A stretch of 64,000 nt of DNA from Vicinamibacterales bacterium. Lineage in GTDB: Bacteria > Acidobacteriota > Vicinamibacteria > Vicinamibacterales > JAMQPK01. Below the pieces are notes generated by a model that ran no database searches, was not told where the DNA came from, and saw only the letters and a program-made list of their open reading frames with translations. The stretch is from NCBI GenBank assembly GCA_963811435.1, contig CAWERD010000006.1:1042696-1106695 (forward strand). Direction: 5' to 3'. Numbering within the stretch: the first letter of the stretch is position 1; every line of letters starts with the position of its first letter. Made by a program: the position numbers and the translations under genes. Of the stretch, positions 48,342 to 57,934 are shown piece after piece.

Positions 48342-50248
48342 CGCACCATCCGCGCGTAAGTGGTCATCGCCCAGAGCCACTGCGCGACGCCATCCCACAC
48401 GCCGGCGACGACGAGCGCCGAGATCGCGAGCCGAACCGCGACAGGGCTGCGCCACGCCCAGCTGCAGGCAAACGCTGCCGCGACGGCCAGCATCGGGAAT
48501 GCGGCGAAGTGATAGCGCATCTCGATCGGCGTCACGATGCCGAGTGCGAGGAACACCAGACAGATGCCGCCCCAGCCCAGAAGAAGCAAAGTGAGCCGAG
48601 GAGATGGGTTGTTTCGAGCGAGGTACCAGGCCCCAATCGCTGCCACCGCGATCGCGGGCCATCCGAAATAGATGTCGGCTTGCCATGCCGCACTTGCCAG
48701 CCTTGCACCGATCGACCGGGCCGGCGCCGACAACGCAGACGCCGAAGGGATGCTCGCAGAGGCCGCGCGGCCAAGCTCGCTGAAGTACACCGAGGGAAAC
48801 CACGCGTAGTACACCGCCACCGCGATAACGGCAGCCGACGCTGCCGCCAGCACAACCCCGGTCGCGGCGGTGTGCAGCTTGCCGCCATGCCACGCGTAGA
48901 GTGCGCTGGTGGCGGCCAGCACGGCGGCCAGAATGGCGCAGGTGCTTGGATGTGTCAGCAGCGCGGCGGCCACGACGACCGTGAGGAGGACGACCGTGCT
49001 GCGTCTGGTGCGCTCGACTGGCAGCGCGACCACGAGCGCGAGGCTCGCCACGAACAGCGTTTGCGCGAATGCATTGGTCAGAGCACCCCACGTCATGATC
49101 CACGCCGTCATCGGCATGGCGTGGTACCAGACCACGCTCGCGATGCCCGCGAGCTTGTCGGACGTCGCCCGGACGATCATCCAGTACAACAACGTGGCCG
49201 CCGTCGCATCCGCGACCGTTGCGATGATCCGCAGAAGCGCAAGACGTTCCAGCGTGTCGGACGTGAGCCACGCGAACGGCGCCGCCACGAGATACAGAAA
49301 AATCGGATAGGGAAAGGCGTAGTTATCGGGCGTCAGTGACGTGAAGTAGAAGCGGCCGGCGAGGACGTATTCAAAACGATGCGCGTGGAATACACCGTCG
49401 CCAATCGGCATGTTCGGATGCAGCAGCATCAGCAGCTTCAGATAGCTCGCCGCGAGGCAGATGGCGACGACGCCGAGTGCCGCCAGGCTGAGCTTCTGCC
49501 GCCGTATGCGCTCGACACTCCAGACGGTGGCGAGCGTCCCCGCTCCGAGGCCCGCAGCAAGCACGAGGACATGCGACGGGTACTCCACGTAAGGTCCGAC
49601 GCCTCGCGCCAGCAGTGCGGCCTCTCCGCACGCGACAAGAATTGCGAACGCCGCGACCCACAGCGGGGGCAGACCCAGCGCCGCCACGGCTGTCGCAAGC
49701 AGCGCAATCGCCGCCATGCCGTTCACGGCAGCTCGAACTGGGAAGCCAGGTGCTTCGCCGGCAGGTTCGAGCGTCATCGACGCGACCGCGACACCGAGCT
49801 TTCGGTGATCGCGTGGTCCTGGCACGAACGGTGGCGAGGTATCGATGCTGACCGTGATACCGCTGGCGTTTGTGCGCTTCGGCGCCGTGACGCGAAGGAG
49901 CAGGTCGCCTTTCATCGGCTGCTCCGTCAGCGTTTCTCCATCTACGCCAATCCGCACCGTGGGCAGCGGTACGCCCGGCGGCCGCCAGATCTTGATATCA
50001 GCCGTCACCTGCCACTCGATGCGGCGATCGATCTCGGGAAGCGTGAACTCGGCATGTGGACCCGACCACGCAAACATCTGATCTTTGTTTTTCTCGAGCG
50101 AATAAAAACCCTGGCTGCGGTTTCGCAGCTCGAGGTCTGGCCTTAGAACTATGGGAAGAGGAGACTGGAAATGTGCGCTCAGGAAGACGAAGAAGGCGAC
50201 GACTCCTGAGACAACAGCAACTCCAGATGCGACAAATGGTCGGTGCAT
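48338..50248 (-). CDS. Polytopic membrane protein, possible GT-C glycosyltransferase, with N-terminal periplasmic domain
   Basis: Many TMs; GDGVFH, FPYP, LLTHP, EMRY; N-terminal GFYSLE..WS..DHRKLGV domain. Confidence 0.55.
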   Translation of the reverse strand: MHRPFVASGVAVVSGVVAFFVFLSAHFQSPLPIVLRPDLELRNRSQGFYSLEKNKDQMFAWSGPHAEFTLPEIDRRIEWQVTADIKIWRPPGVPLPTVRIGVDGETLTEQPMKGDLLLRVTAPKRTNASGITVSIDTSPPFVPGPRDHRKLGVAVASMTLEPAGEAPGFPVRAAVNGMAAIALLATAVAALGLPPLWVAAFAILVACGEAALLARGVGPYVEYPSHVLVLAAGLGAGTLATVWSVERIRRQKLSLAALGVVAICLAASYLKLLMLLHPNMPIGDGVFHAHRFEYVLAGRFYFTSLTPDNYAFPYPIFLYLVAAPFAWLTSDTLERLALLRIIATVADATAATLLYWMIVRATSDKLAGIASVVWYHAMPMTAWIMTWGALTNAFAQTLFVASLALVVALPVERTRRSTVVLLTVVVAAALLTHPSTCAILAAVLAATSALYAWHGGKLHTAATGVVLAAASAAVIAVAVYYAWFPSVYFSELGRAASASIPSASALSAPARSIGARLASAAWQADIYFGWPAIAVAAIGAWYLARNNPSPRLTLLLLGWGGICLVFLALGIVTPIEMRYHFAAFPMLAVAAAFACSWAWRSPVAVRLAISALVVAGVWDGVAQWLWAMTTYARMVR

Positions 50249-50300
50249 TCGTTGCGGCGGAAGGGATGTTATCAGAAGCGTTATGATTCAACGCTGTTGA

Positions 50301-51698
50301 ATGACACGCCGCCAATTATGGTTTTCCGTGCTCATCGGATTGGTGCTATCGCTCGCCGGAGCGAACGGCATGGTGACTCGACAGCTCACAATCGGATCGC
50401 CCGAAGGTGGCTGGTACTATGGTTACGTCGACAGCGCTATCAGCCGTGTCGTCGTCCCCTTTCTGATTGCGAGCGGTCTGGCGGCGGCCGGTGTCGCAGC
50501 GTCGTGGCCATGGTTTCGTCGTCTGTCGAACGACGACCGCGGTGGTGTCGGTCCAGTTCAGGAATGGGCGCTGATTCTTTCGTGGTGTCTGCTGGCGACC
50601 GTCATTCAAGGGGTGCTTCGCTCGTTGACGCCGCACTCGCTCGAGGCGATGTTCGCGAGCGACATGGCGAACTCGTTCTACAGCGTGGCGATGAAGTTCA
50701 ACGTCGCGTCAATCCTCGGCGATTTTGAACGGCTGCGCCATTCCTGGGCGCTTCACGCGCAAAGCAATCTACCGGGCAAGCTCCTGCTGGTGCGTGCGCT
50801 TGTCGACAGCATTTCGACGCGGCCCGATATGCTGGCGTGGGCGATCGTCGTACTGTCCAATCTCGGCGCCGTGCTGCTCTATATTTTCGTGCGCGGTGTC
50901 TTTGCGGACCGTTTCATCGCGGGCCTCAGCGCCGTTCTGTACCTTTTCACGCCGGCAAAGTTCTACTTCTTCCCGCTGCTGAATACCATCACTCCCGTGG
51001 TGGTGTTTGCGTGCGCCTGCCTGCTGCTGCAGTGGCTCAAGACGGGCCGGACGATTTATGCGGCGTTGTTGGGGAGTGCAATATATGGACTGATTTTGTT
51101 CGAGCCAACCGCCCTTGTTGCCGGCGTGTTGTTCGGAACACTCCTCGTGCACACCATCGTCGCCCGGCGCATGCCTCTGTTGTCCGCAGTGCTGCAGATT
51201 GGTGTCGGCGTCCTCGCGTTCGCCGCTACCTATTTCGCGATGAATCTGTGGTTCGGCTTCGATCTGCTCAGCGCATTCCGAAGCGTCGCGGCCGACGCCG
51301 TCGCCTTCAACGAAACCGCCCGGCGTCCGTACGACATCTGGGTTCGTCAGAACATCGTCGATTTTCTGTTCGGGGTCGGTTTGTGCCAGATCGTTCTGTT
51401 CGTCTCGGCGCTGGCAGACGGCATGACCCGGTCGAAAGCTGACGAGCGATCTCCCGGCACCGTGTCCATCGTGCTCATCTGTGCGGCGATTCTTGCGATG
51501 GTCGTTCTCGCCGACGTCATCGGTGTGAACAGGGGCGAGGTGAGCCGTCTCTGGATTTTCCTCGCGTGCTTCTGGGCAATCCCAGCAGCCTATATCTGCC
51601 GCCGGCTCGAAAGCTCCATGGCCTTCACACTGGTTCTCGTCACCACACTGCTTCAGAACGCGCTGGGTACGGCGATGGTGGCGTTTGTTGTGCCATGA
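50301..51698 (+). CDS. Polytopic membrane protein, PMT/GT39-like (GT-C)
   Basis: Many TMs; HAQSNLPG loop, LYLFTP, RPY, GEVSRLWIF. Confidence 0.55.
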   Translation: MTRRQLWFSVLIGLVLSLAGANGMVTRQLTIGSPEGGWYYGYVDSAISRVVVPFLIASGLAAAGVAASWPWFRRLSNDDRGGVGPVQEWALILSWCLLATVIQGVLRSLTPHSLEAMFASDMANSFYSVAMKFNVASILGDFERLRHSWALHAQSNLPGKLLLVRALVDSISTRPDMLAWAIVVLSNLGAVLLYIFVRGVFADRFIAGLSAVLYLFTPAKFYFFPLLNTITPVVVFACACLLLQWLKTGRTIYAALLGSAIYGLILFEPTALVAGVLFGTLLVHTIVARRMPLLSAVLQIGVGVLAFAATYFAMNLWFGFDLLSAFRSVAADAVAFNETARRPYDIWVRQNIVDFLFGVGLCQIVLFVSALADGMTRSKADERSPGTVSIVLICAAILAMVVLADVIGVNRGEVSRLWIFLACFWAIPAAYICRRLESSMAFTLVLVTTLLQNALGTAMVAFVVP

Positions 51699-52429
51699 TG
51701 CCGATCGTGAAAGCGGCTCTCACGCTCGCTCTACTATTGGCCCTGGGAGTCCATCTCGCGGGCCAGCGTGTGGATGGGCCCCCGATGCCGTTTGTGGACG
51801 AGGGCGTTTGCCCATTTGAAGGGTGCGTGTATCGCGACTGGCGGGCGAAGACGTCGGTGGCTGTCTATGAAAGCTGGGATCGACGTGCGCCGGTTCGTCG
51901 GGTGTTTTCAATCAAAGCCGGCGAAGTCGTGACGGCCATGACGGGAGTCGTGGTGACGACGGCAGCTGGCCGCGCCGTGATTCGCCGCGCGATGGTTGGT
52001 GTCGCTCAGTCGAAGCATTTTCCCTACGAGCGTGCTGTCGAGATTCCCCTCAAGCCAGGCGACACCGTCTACCTGCTCACGAATCAGGGCGAGGGATTTC
52101 ACACGGCCTGGTTCAATCAGATGATTTTCACGCTCGACCGTTCGCGTTTTTCCGGGCTTGCCGCCGATCCGCCCTGCAGGCATGACGACTCCTGCAAAGG
52201 AGAAATCGTCGAATACCCCACGTCTCAGTGGTGGGCGAAGGTGCGCAACGCGCGCGGAGAGATCGGATGGACGATGCAGACTGGCGAATTCGAGGGGGCC
52301 GATCAAGCACGCGTAGGTTCCGATTCCAAGGTTCCGGTTCCAGCGTTCGGGTTCCAGCGTTCTGGTTACCTCCTCACAATTCAGGCGCCACCGCGAACGG
52401 GGAATCGGAACCCGGAACTCGGAACCTGA
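51695..52429 (+). CDS. Secreted hypothetical protein (SH3-like elements); 3' end runs into a repeat
   Basis: Signal peptide, CPFEGC, GEG, WWAKVRNARGEIGW; true stop may be the TAG near 52314. Confidence 0.65.
   Translation: MMPIVKAALTLALLLALGVHLAGQRVDGPPMPFVDEGVCPFEGCVYRDWRAKTSVAVYESWDRRAPVRRVFSIKAGEVVTAMTGVVVTTAAGRAVIRRAMVGVAQSKHFPYERAVEIPLKPGDTVYLLTNQGEGFHTAWFNQMIFTLDRSRFSGLAADPPCRHDDSCKGEIVEYPTSQWWAKVRNARGEIGWTMQTGEFEGADQARVGSDSKVPVPAFGFQRSGYLLTIQAPPRTGNRNPELGT
52317..52428. repeat. Inverted array of GTTCC / GGAAC short repeats
   Basis: gttccgattccaaggttccggttccagcgttcgggttccagcgttc ... gaacggggaatcggaacccggaactcggaacc. Confidence 0.75.
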
Positions 52430-53323
52430 TGCGCGCAATCATCATGTTCGTCGCGATCGCCTACATGCTGTCGATCGCGCTGAGCCTTGTCGTCGGCTTG
52501 ACCGGCGGTTACACGAGCCCGCTCATCGGACTCAGGTTTCTGTCGATGTTCCTTCCAGCCGTGGCAGTGCTGATCGTGAACATCGCGATGAAGGAACCGC
52601 CGTACATCGATCCAAAGCCGTTTCCGTGGAAATACCTTCCTGTCGCGCTCTTCCTGATTCCGGTCGTGCTGCACGCCGTGATGCTGCCGGCGATGATTGC
52701 GCTCCAGGGATCGTTGGCTGGCAGGACTGGTTGACGCCGATGAGCGACGGCTTGTACCACACGCCGGTATCTCGCGGATGGGGCACGCTGACGACTGCAG
52801 GCCTGGCCGGCCGTATCGCGGTCAATGCCATCGTGGGGCTCTGGTTGTGACGATTCTGGCGTTCTTCGAGGAGATCGGCTGGCGAGCCTGGCTGGTTCCG
52901 CGCCTCGAGGGCCGGATGGGCGCGCGTTGGGCGGTGGTCGTGACCGCCATCATCTGGGGCTTCTGGCACGTGCCGTTCCAGCTCTCGGGAATTCAGCATA
53001 TCGATGGAGTGTCTCCGGTGAGGCTGGCCCTTCTTGCGCCGTTCGGCATCATGACGACGGGCTTGATCATCGGCTGGCTGTGGCTCCGTACGAAAAACGT
53101 CTGGCTCGTGGCGATCGCGCACGGTGCGTTGAACAACTGGGGCCAGTACGCGTTCAAGTACATGAAGGATGCTGTCGGGCCGAATCTGCAAGAACAGGTC
53201 GCGCGCGACCTGCAGGTGCTCAACGCCGGATCTCTCGCGTTGCTGGTGCTGGGAATTCTCCTGCTCTGGCGCGGCATTCCCGTCGTCGGGACCACAAGAA
53301 ACGCTGGATTTTCAACGAAATAG
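52429..53323 (+). CDS. CPBP (Abi/CAAX) intramembrane glutamic endopeptidase, frameshifted
   Basis: EEIGWR, WGFWH, HGALN; split across three ORFs. Confidence 0.88.
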
Positions 53324-53411
53324 GGAAGCGCTGTGTGGTTTTACACGTCCAAAACAGCGACTTTACCCGGGTGACACACGCATCGGCGATGCTTCGAGCT
53401 GAGGTGGTGCT

Positions 53412-53624
53412 ATGTCCGTCATGACTTTTGCTGATGTCGATCGCCGGAGTCCGAATCGCCTGCCAACGCCCCCATGTCCGCACTGCGGCACTGACGAGTT
53501 CGTGGTGGCGGTGATCCGCACGACGAAGTTCGTGTTCTTTCGCTGTCAGTCTTGTCGAGAGCGTGAGCTGATGCCGAAGGTGGTTCCCGGCGTGGCCGCG
53601 AGTCCCGGCATGCTGTTCATCTAG
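53412..53624 (+). CDS. Small zinc-ribbon protein
   Basis: RBS gaggtgg; CPHC ... CQSC. Confidence 0.6.
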   Translation: MSVMTFADVDRRSPNRLPTPPCPHCGTDEFVVAVIRTTKFVFFRCQSCRERELMPKVVPGVAASPGMLFI

Positions 53625-55625
53625 TCACCGCGCAGCCGCTCGAGCGAAGCGGCTCGCGATCGGAAAGGTTTGTGAGGTCTGGGTGAGCTCGGGCCTGGTC
53701 ACGCTGCTGACACGAATCCTGGCGCGAGACGTTTCGTCCCCAATTCCAGTCCAATCGTAGAACCCCACGTTTTCTGCCTCATCGATCAACCTCGTCCAGC
53801 TCCCCCCATCATCGCGCGACAGATCGATGCTGACGCCGCCCGCGACGCCGCGCAGCGTCCACTGGACGGTGTTGTTGCGCCCGATCCAGAACACCGTCCC
53901 TCCATCGGGGCGCCGAAGCGTAAGGGCGGCGGAGTGCCTGACGCCGCGCGTCGTCGTCACCGCAGAGGATTCCTGTCTGGCGCCGTCCTCGGCGCTCGCG
54001 GTGGCCAGCGCCGTGTTCACGAAGTCGCCTTCGGTCGGCGCGCGAACCGTGACGACGACGAATGCCTCGGATCCTGGCGCGAGGCTTCCCAGATTGCAGC
54101 TCGCAATCGCGGTGACGGAGCACTCGCCCTGCGACGCCCGCGCCGACAAGAGCTGCGCTGTCGCCGGCGGCATCTCGATCACATTCGTCTCAGAGACACG
54201 ACCCGGCCCATGGTTGGTCACCATCACGACAAACGACCACTCCCGATCGATCGGTACGGCGGTGCCCGGTCCCGCTATCGTCACGCGAAGGCCGGTTGGT
54301 AAGCCCTGAGGCGTCGCGCGGGGCCTGAGGACGAACAGGCCCTGCTCGATGCCGTTGACGACGACCGATCCGCTTGCGAAAAACGGATAGTTAGACCAGG
54401 CGCCGTTGTAGGCCGGCTGGTCGTCGAACGGGAAAATGTCGAAAAATCCGACCTCGCGCAGCACGCCTTGCGCGATCTCGTTCGCGTCGAGCACGCGCAG
54501 TCCGCTGCGGTAGTTCGACTCGTAGACGAGATTGCCGCGAACGTACAGATTGTGATCGATCGACGGGGTGGGGCCATCGTAGCTGCTCGCGAGCACCGGC
54601 GCGTCGATATCTGACACGTCCCAGATCCACGTTCGAGTCGGATGACTGAAGGCCGCTTCGTCGCCTTCATCGTTGACGAGGAAGAACCGCTGATCTTCCG
54701 TCAGCCATCCCTGGTGCGTGTAGGCGCTCCCGTCGTAGCCGGTCCGCGACAGCTGAACCTGTTCGAGCTTGTCGGAGGTGTCCACGATTGTCAGCGTGTC
54801 TTCGTTGGAGTTGAAGCAGAGCTCGCGCCCTTGATAGAAGGTGTCGGGACCGTTGTAGACGACGCACTGTGCTTCGTGCGTGTAGCCGTCAAAGCTGAAG
54901 CAGCCGGCTGCGCGCGGCGCGCTCGGCGTGCGAACGTCGACCGCGTGCAGACCACCTTCGCACGTGCGCGTGCCGGCCGCATACGCGAATCCGGTGCGCG
55001 TGTTCATCGCGAGCGTGTGCGTCGAGCCAAAGCCCGCATAGTGCGCGGTCTCGGTGAAGGTAACCGGCGGAGACGCCACGTCGCGAAGCTGCCTGAGGTC
55101 GAAGACCTGCATGCCGTGGTTGAGCGCTTCGCTGACGATGAAGGCATGGTCAGCGAACACCTTGATGCCGCGCCACGTCGAGCTGACGGTCTTTGTCGGC
55201 AGGTTCCCGAGATATACCGGCTGGTTCGGAGTGGAAATATCCACGAATGCCGTACCGGTCGAACGGCCGACCAGGGCGTACTCGCGACCCGTCAGCGGAT
55301 CGGTCCATCCCCAGATGTCGTTCCCGCTCCCTCCGCCGATTTCGAAGTGCGAGAGGAACGCCATGAGATCGATGTCCCGGCATGGGAACGGACCGGCCAC
55401 GCCCTCCATGCAGGTGATATCGAGGGACCCGTCGAGCCGCTTCAGCGGTTGCGCATCCACCTTGAGCGAGCACCCGCAGGAGCAGCGCCGGCCGTTTGAG
55501 TCGAGCGGGCAAACGCCGCGGTTGCACGCGCAATGCGAGCCGAGTGGTGGATCCGAAAACGGAGGACCCGCAGCGCTGGTCACGACAACCAGACCGATGG
55601 CGGCGGCAACCGTTGCGAGCTTCAT
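53625..55625 (-). CDS. Choice-of-anchor B (LVIVD-repeat) secreted protein with DUF11 and Ig-like C-terminal domains
   Basis: GNDIWGWTD, WRGIKV, YTHEAQC, YTHQGWL, SIDHN, SNYRSGLR, GAWSNYPF; VTNHGP..CNLGSLAPG. Confidence 0.88.
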   Translation of the reverse strand: MKLATVAAAIGLVVVTSAAGPPFSDPPLGSHCACNRGVCPLDSNGRRCSCGCSLKVDAQPLKRLDGSLDITCMEGVAGPFPCRDIDLMAFLSHFEIGGGSGNDIWGWTDPLTGREYALVGRSTGTAFVDISTPNQPVYLGNLPTKTVSSTWRGIKVFADHAFIVSEALNHGMQVFDLRQLRDVASPPVTFTETAHYAGFGSTHTLAMNTRTGFAYAAGTRTCEGGLHAVDVRTPSAPRAAGCFSFDGYTHEAQCVVYNGPDTFYQGRELCFNSNEDTLTIVDTSDKLEQVQLSRTGYDGSAYTHQGWLTEDQRFFLVNDEGDEAAFSHPTRTWIWDVSDIDAPVLASSYDGPTPSIDHNLYVRGNLVYESNYRSGLRVLDANEIAQGVLREVGFFDIFPFDDQPAYNGAWSNYPFFASGSVVVNGIEQGLFVLRPRATPQGLPTGLRVTIAGPGTAVPIDREWSFVVMVTNHGPGRVSETNVIEMPPATAQLLSARASQGECSVTAIASCNLGSLAPGSEAFVVVTVRAPTEGDFVNTALATASAEDGARQESSAVTTTRGVRHSAALTLRRPDGGTVFWIGRNNTVQWTLRGVAGGVSIDLSRDDGGSWTRLIDEAENVGFYDWTGIGDETSRARIRVSSVTRPELTQTSQTFPIASRFARAAAR

Positions 55626-55693
55626 GTGAGGAACCCTGCCTGACACAGCTACTGTAAGGGTTTCTACAGAGCCTTACAACACGGATGCTTCGG

Positions 55694-55729
55694 CTGTCAT
55701 GGCAGATAGCAGATGGATGATGGCGGAAC
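55694..55729. repeat. 7-nt TGGCAGA tandem repeat, copy 1
   Basis: ctgtca-tggcaga-tagcaga-tggatga-tggcgga-ac; 34/36 identical to 56525..56560. Confidence 0.8.
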
Positions 55730-55779
55730 ATGCTGAGCCTCCCAATAAGCGAATTTCGCATGTTGAGAGGGAGGCGCCG

Positions 55780-56460
55780 GTGCCTATTTCAATTGCGGCA
55801 ATGCTTCTCGGAGTCCTGTTCGTCGCTTCAACCTCTGCGTACGCACAATCAAACACCCGGAGAGCCGGTCTGGTCAGCGGCAGCCTTGGTGTGTTTGCCG
55901 GCTCGTTCCGTCCTGTCGATGCGAACAACCCCGTCACCAACAATCCTGTCAACGGCGCCTGGCTCGATCTGTCATTTGGGGGGTGGGAGCTTGGAACTAT
56001 CGAGGTCGACCTGTTCCAGAACAGGCGACGTGAACGCCGTGTCGACGCCTGTCCTTCGGCCGACTGCTCGGAGCGGTATGTGGCGGACTCGGACGGTAAA
56101 CCGAAACGGATCAACGACCGCCTCACCAGTGTCGCGCCGGCACTTGAATCTCAACGGATTCGCGCCTTCAGCTTCGCGTTCCTCAAACGATTTTCGAGCA
56201 CGCCGCATGTGGCCCCGCATTGGATCGTCGGGTTAGAACGACTCTCACACGGCACTTCATTCCACTTCGATGATCCGACATTCGAAGAGCGAACCTACAG
56301 CCGGCGGGCATGGGGACCGGTCGGCGGAATAGGCCTCGACATCCTGGCCGGCCGTTTCATCGCACGTCTTCAGTACCGTGTCGATCCGATACCTGTTGGG
56401 CAGGAATGCATCCTCGTCTGCAACAATCAGTTCCGTCTGGGTGCCGGCTGGGCATTCTAG
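55780..56460 (+). CDS. Probable outer-membrane beta-barrel protein
   Basis: RBS gggagg + GTG 55780; signal ending AYAQ; GPVGGIGLD; C-terminal FRLGAGWAF. Confidence 0.65.
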   Translation: MPISIAAMLLGVLFVASTSAYAQSNTRRAGLVSGSLGVFAGSFRPVDANNPVTNNPVNGAWLDLSFGGWELGTIEVDLFQNRRRERRVDACPSADCSERYVADSDGKPKRINDRLTSVAPALESQRIRAFSFAFLKRFSSTPHVAPHWIVGLERLSHGTSFHFDDPTFEERTYSRRAWGPVGGIGLDILAGRFIARLQYRVDPIPVGQECILVCNNQFRLGAGWAF

Positions 56461-56467
56461 TGACTTC

Positions 56468-56612
56468 GCTGTCATGGCTGCTGACAGCTTCGCAGTCATG
56501 GCAGATGGCAGATGGGTTGTCTCTCTGTCATGGCAGATGGCAGATGGATGATGGCAGAACTCGACGTCGTGCCGCGTCGTCTGCCATCTGCCATCCGCCC
56601 TCCGCCATGACA
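56468..56612. repeat. Inverted array of TGGCAGA / TCTGCCA 7-nt repeats, copy 2
   Basis: Several (g)tcatggcagatggcagatgg units, then tctgccatctgccatccgccctccgccatgaca. Confidence 0.85.
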
Positions 56613-56626
56613 TCAGCGCCGTCGTG

Positions 56627-57650
56627 TCACCTCTGCGGCGCTACCGACTCCGCCGAGGCCACCCGCGGAGCGTCCGCCGGAGTCGGCGACGGAAGCACGC
56701 CAGTCAGCGGCACTCCCATCGGGCCGACCGGAATGTAGACCGTCGTGTGGTTGGGGGAGTTCACCATCAACTTCTGCGCTTCGATGGCTTCGTGCTGAAT
56801 GTAAAGCGAATTGAGTTGACCGCGGATGATCTGCATCGCGTTCGCAATGCCTGTGGCCTGTACCTCTCGCTTGGTCCGCTCCTTGCGCTCGATCTCGATT
56901 TCCGTGTCCTTTCGCTCGAGCTCCTGGGTCGCCGCGAGTTTGCGCGACACCGCGTTGGCCACCTCCGCCGGATACTGCACGTTGCCGACGACGACGCCGG
57001 TGATGACGAAAGGACTTGCGTCGGCGTACTGGCGCACGCGCGCGAGCACGGACTGACCGATCGGAATGAGCTCGTCCTTGACCGTCAAGCCATTCCGGCG
57101 CTGCACTTCGTCGCGCGCGTAGGTCCGCAACGGTTCGCGGATGAAATGCGCGTAGGCGACCCGCACGATCGAGTCGGGCGATTTCTCCGTGTCACCGTTG
57201 TTGACCGTCGTGCTGAAGCGCTCCATGAACAGCGGGATGCGCTGGTCGTCGACGCGCCACACGGTGTGCACGGCGAACGAGATCTTGAGGTTGTCGCGGC
57301 TGAGCACGGCGTGATCGCCGACGAAGTCTTCCGTGTACGTGTAAGGCGTGACGCTGACATTGGTCACATCGATCAGCCAGCTGCGGCCGGGAGACGTGGG
57401 TCCCCGCTGGATGCCATAGAAACGGCTCTGACCGAAGACCGCTCCCTTGGTGAGATAGCCGACGTATCCCGCCGGCGTGTAGGGATTTCGAGATCCCAGC
57501 AGCCAGACGGCGGAACCCAGGAAGCCGAAGACGCACACAAGAATCACGAGGATGGGAACACCGCGACGTACAGTCGATCGAAGAGACGCGATGGCAGAAT
57601 CGCCATCGCCTTGCAGAAACGGCAACACGGCAGGCCTCCACACGCCGGCG
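56627..57650 (-). CDS. SPFH/band 7 (prohibitin-like) membrane protein
   Basis: N-terminal TM, PAGYVG, LSRDNL, coiled coil, EATGIANA, YIPVG; start uncertain. Confidence 0.85.
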
Positions 57651-57695
57651 AGGTTAGCTGACGGGCTCGAGCCTGGAGTTGCTCTATCCGCTTTC

Positions 57696-57737
57696 GTACG
57701 TAGGGCGGGTCCTCTGGGACCCGCCTGACGTACGTCA
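57696..57737. repeat. GTAG-type REP palindrome
   Basis: gtacGTAGggcgggtcc-tctg-ggacccgcc; same head as 20146. Confidence 0.75.
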
Positions 57738-57855
57738 GCGGAATTCGCCCCGGTGCGCGTTGATTCGCGCCTTGGGTCCCCCGCGACGCCCTGTGGGCGT
57801 CTTAGACGTACCAAGCAACATACGCCTGCGCCAGAACGGCGTCAAGAACCCGTAC

Positions 57856-57934
57856 GTTAGGTGCGAGATGGCGCACCTATCGCACCTAACGCACCCCTCG
57901 CACCTAACGCACCTAACGCACCCATCGCACCTAA
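57856..57934. repeat. Seven 9-nt CGCACCTAA-type tandem units plus one inverted unit
   Basis: ttaggtgcg, then cgcacctat cgcacctaa cgcacccct cgcacctaa cgcacctaa cgcacccat cgcacctaa; last unit contains the stop of the giant gene. Confidence 0.85.
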
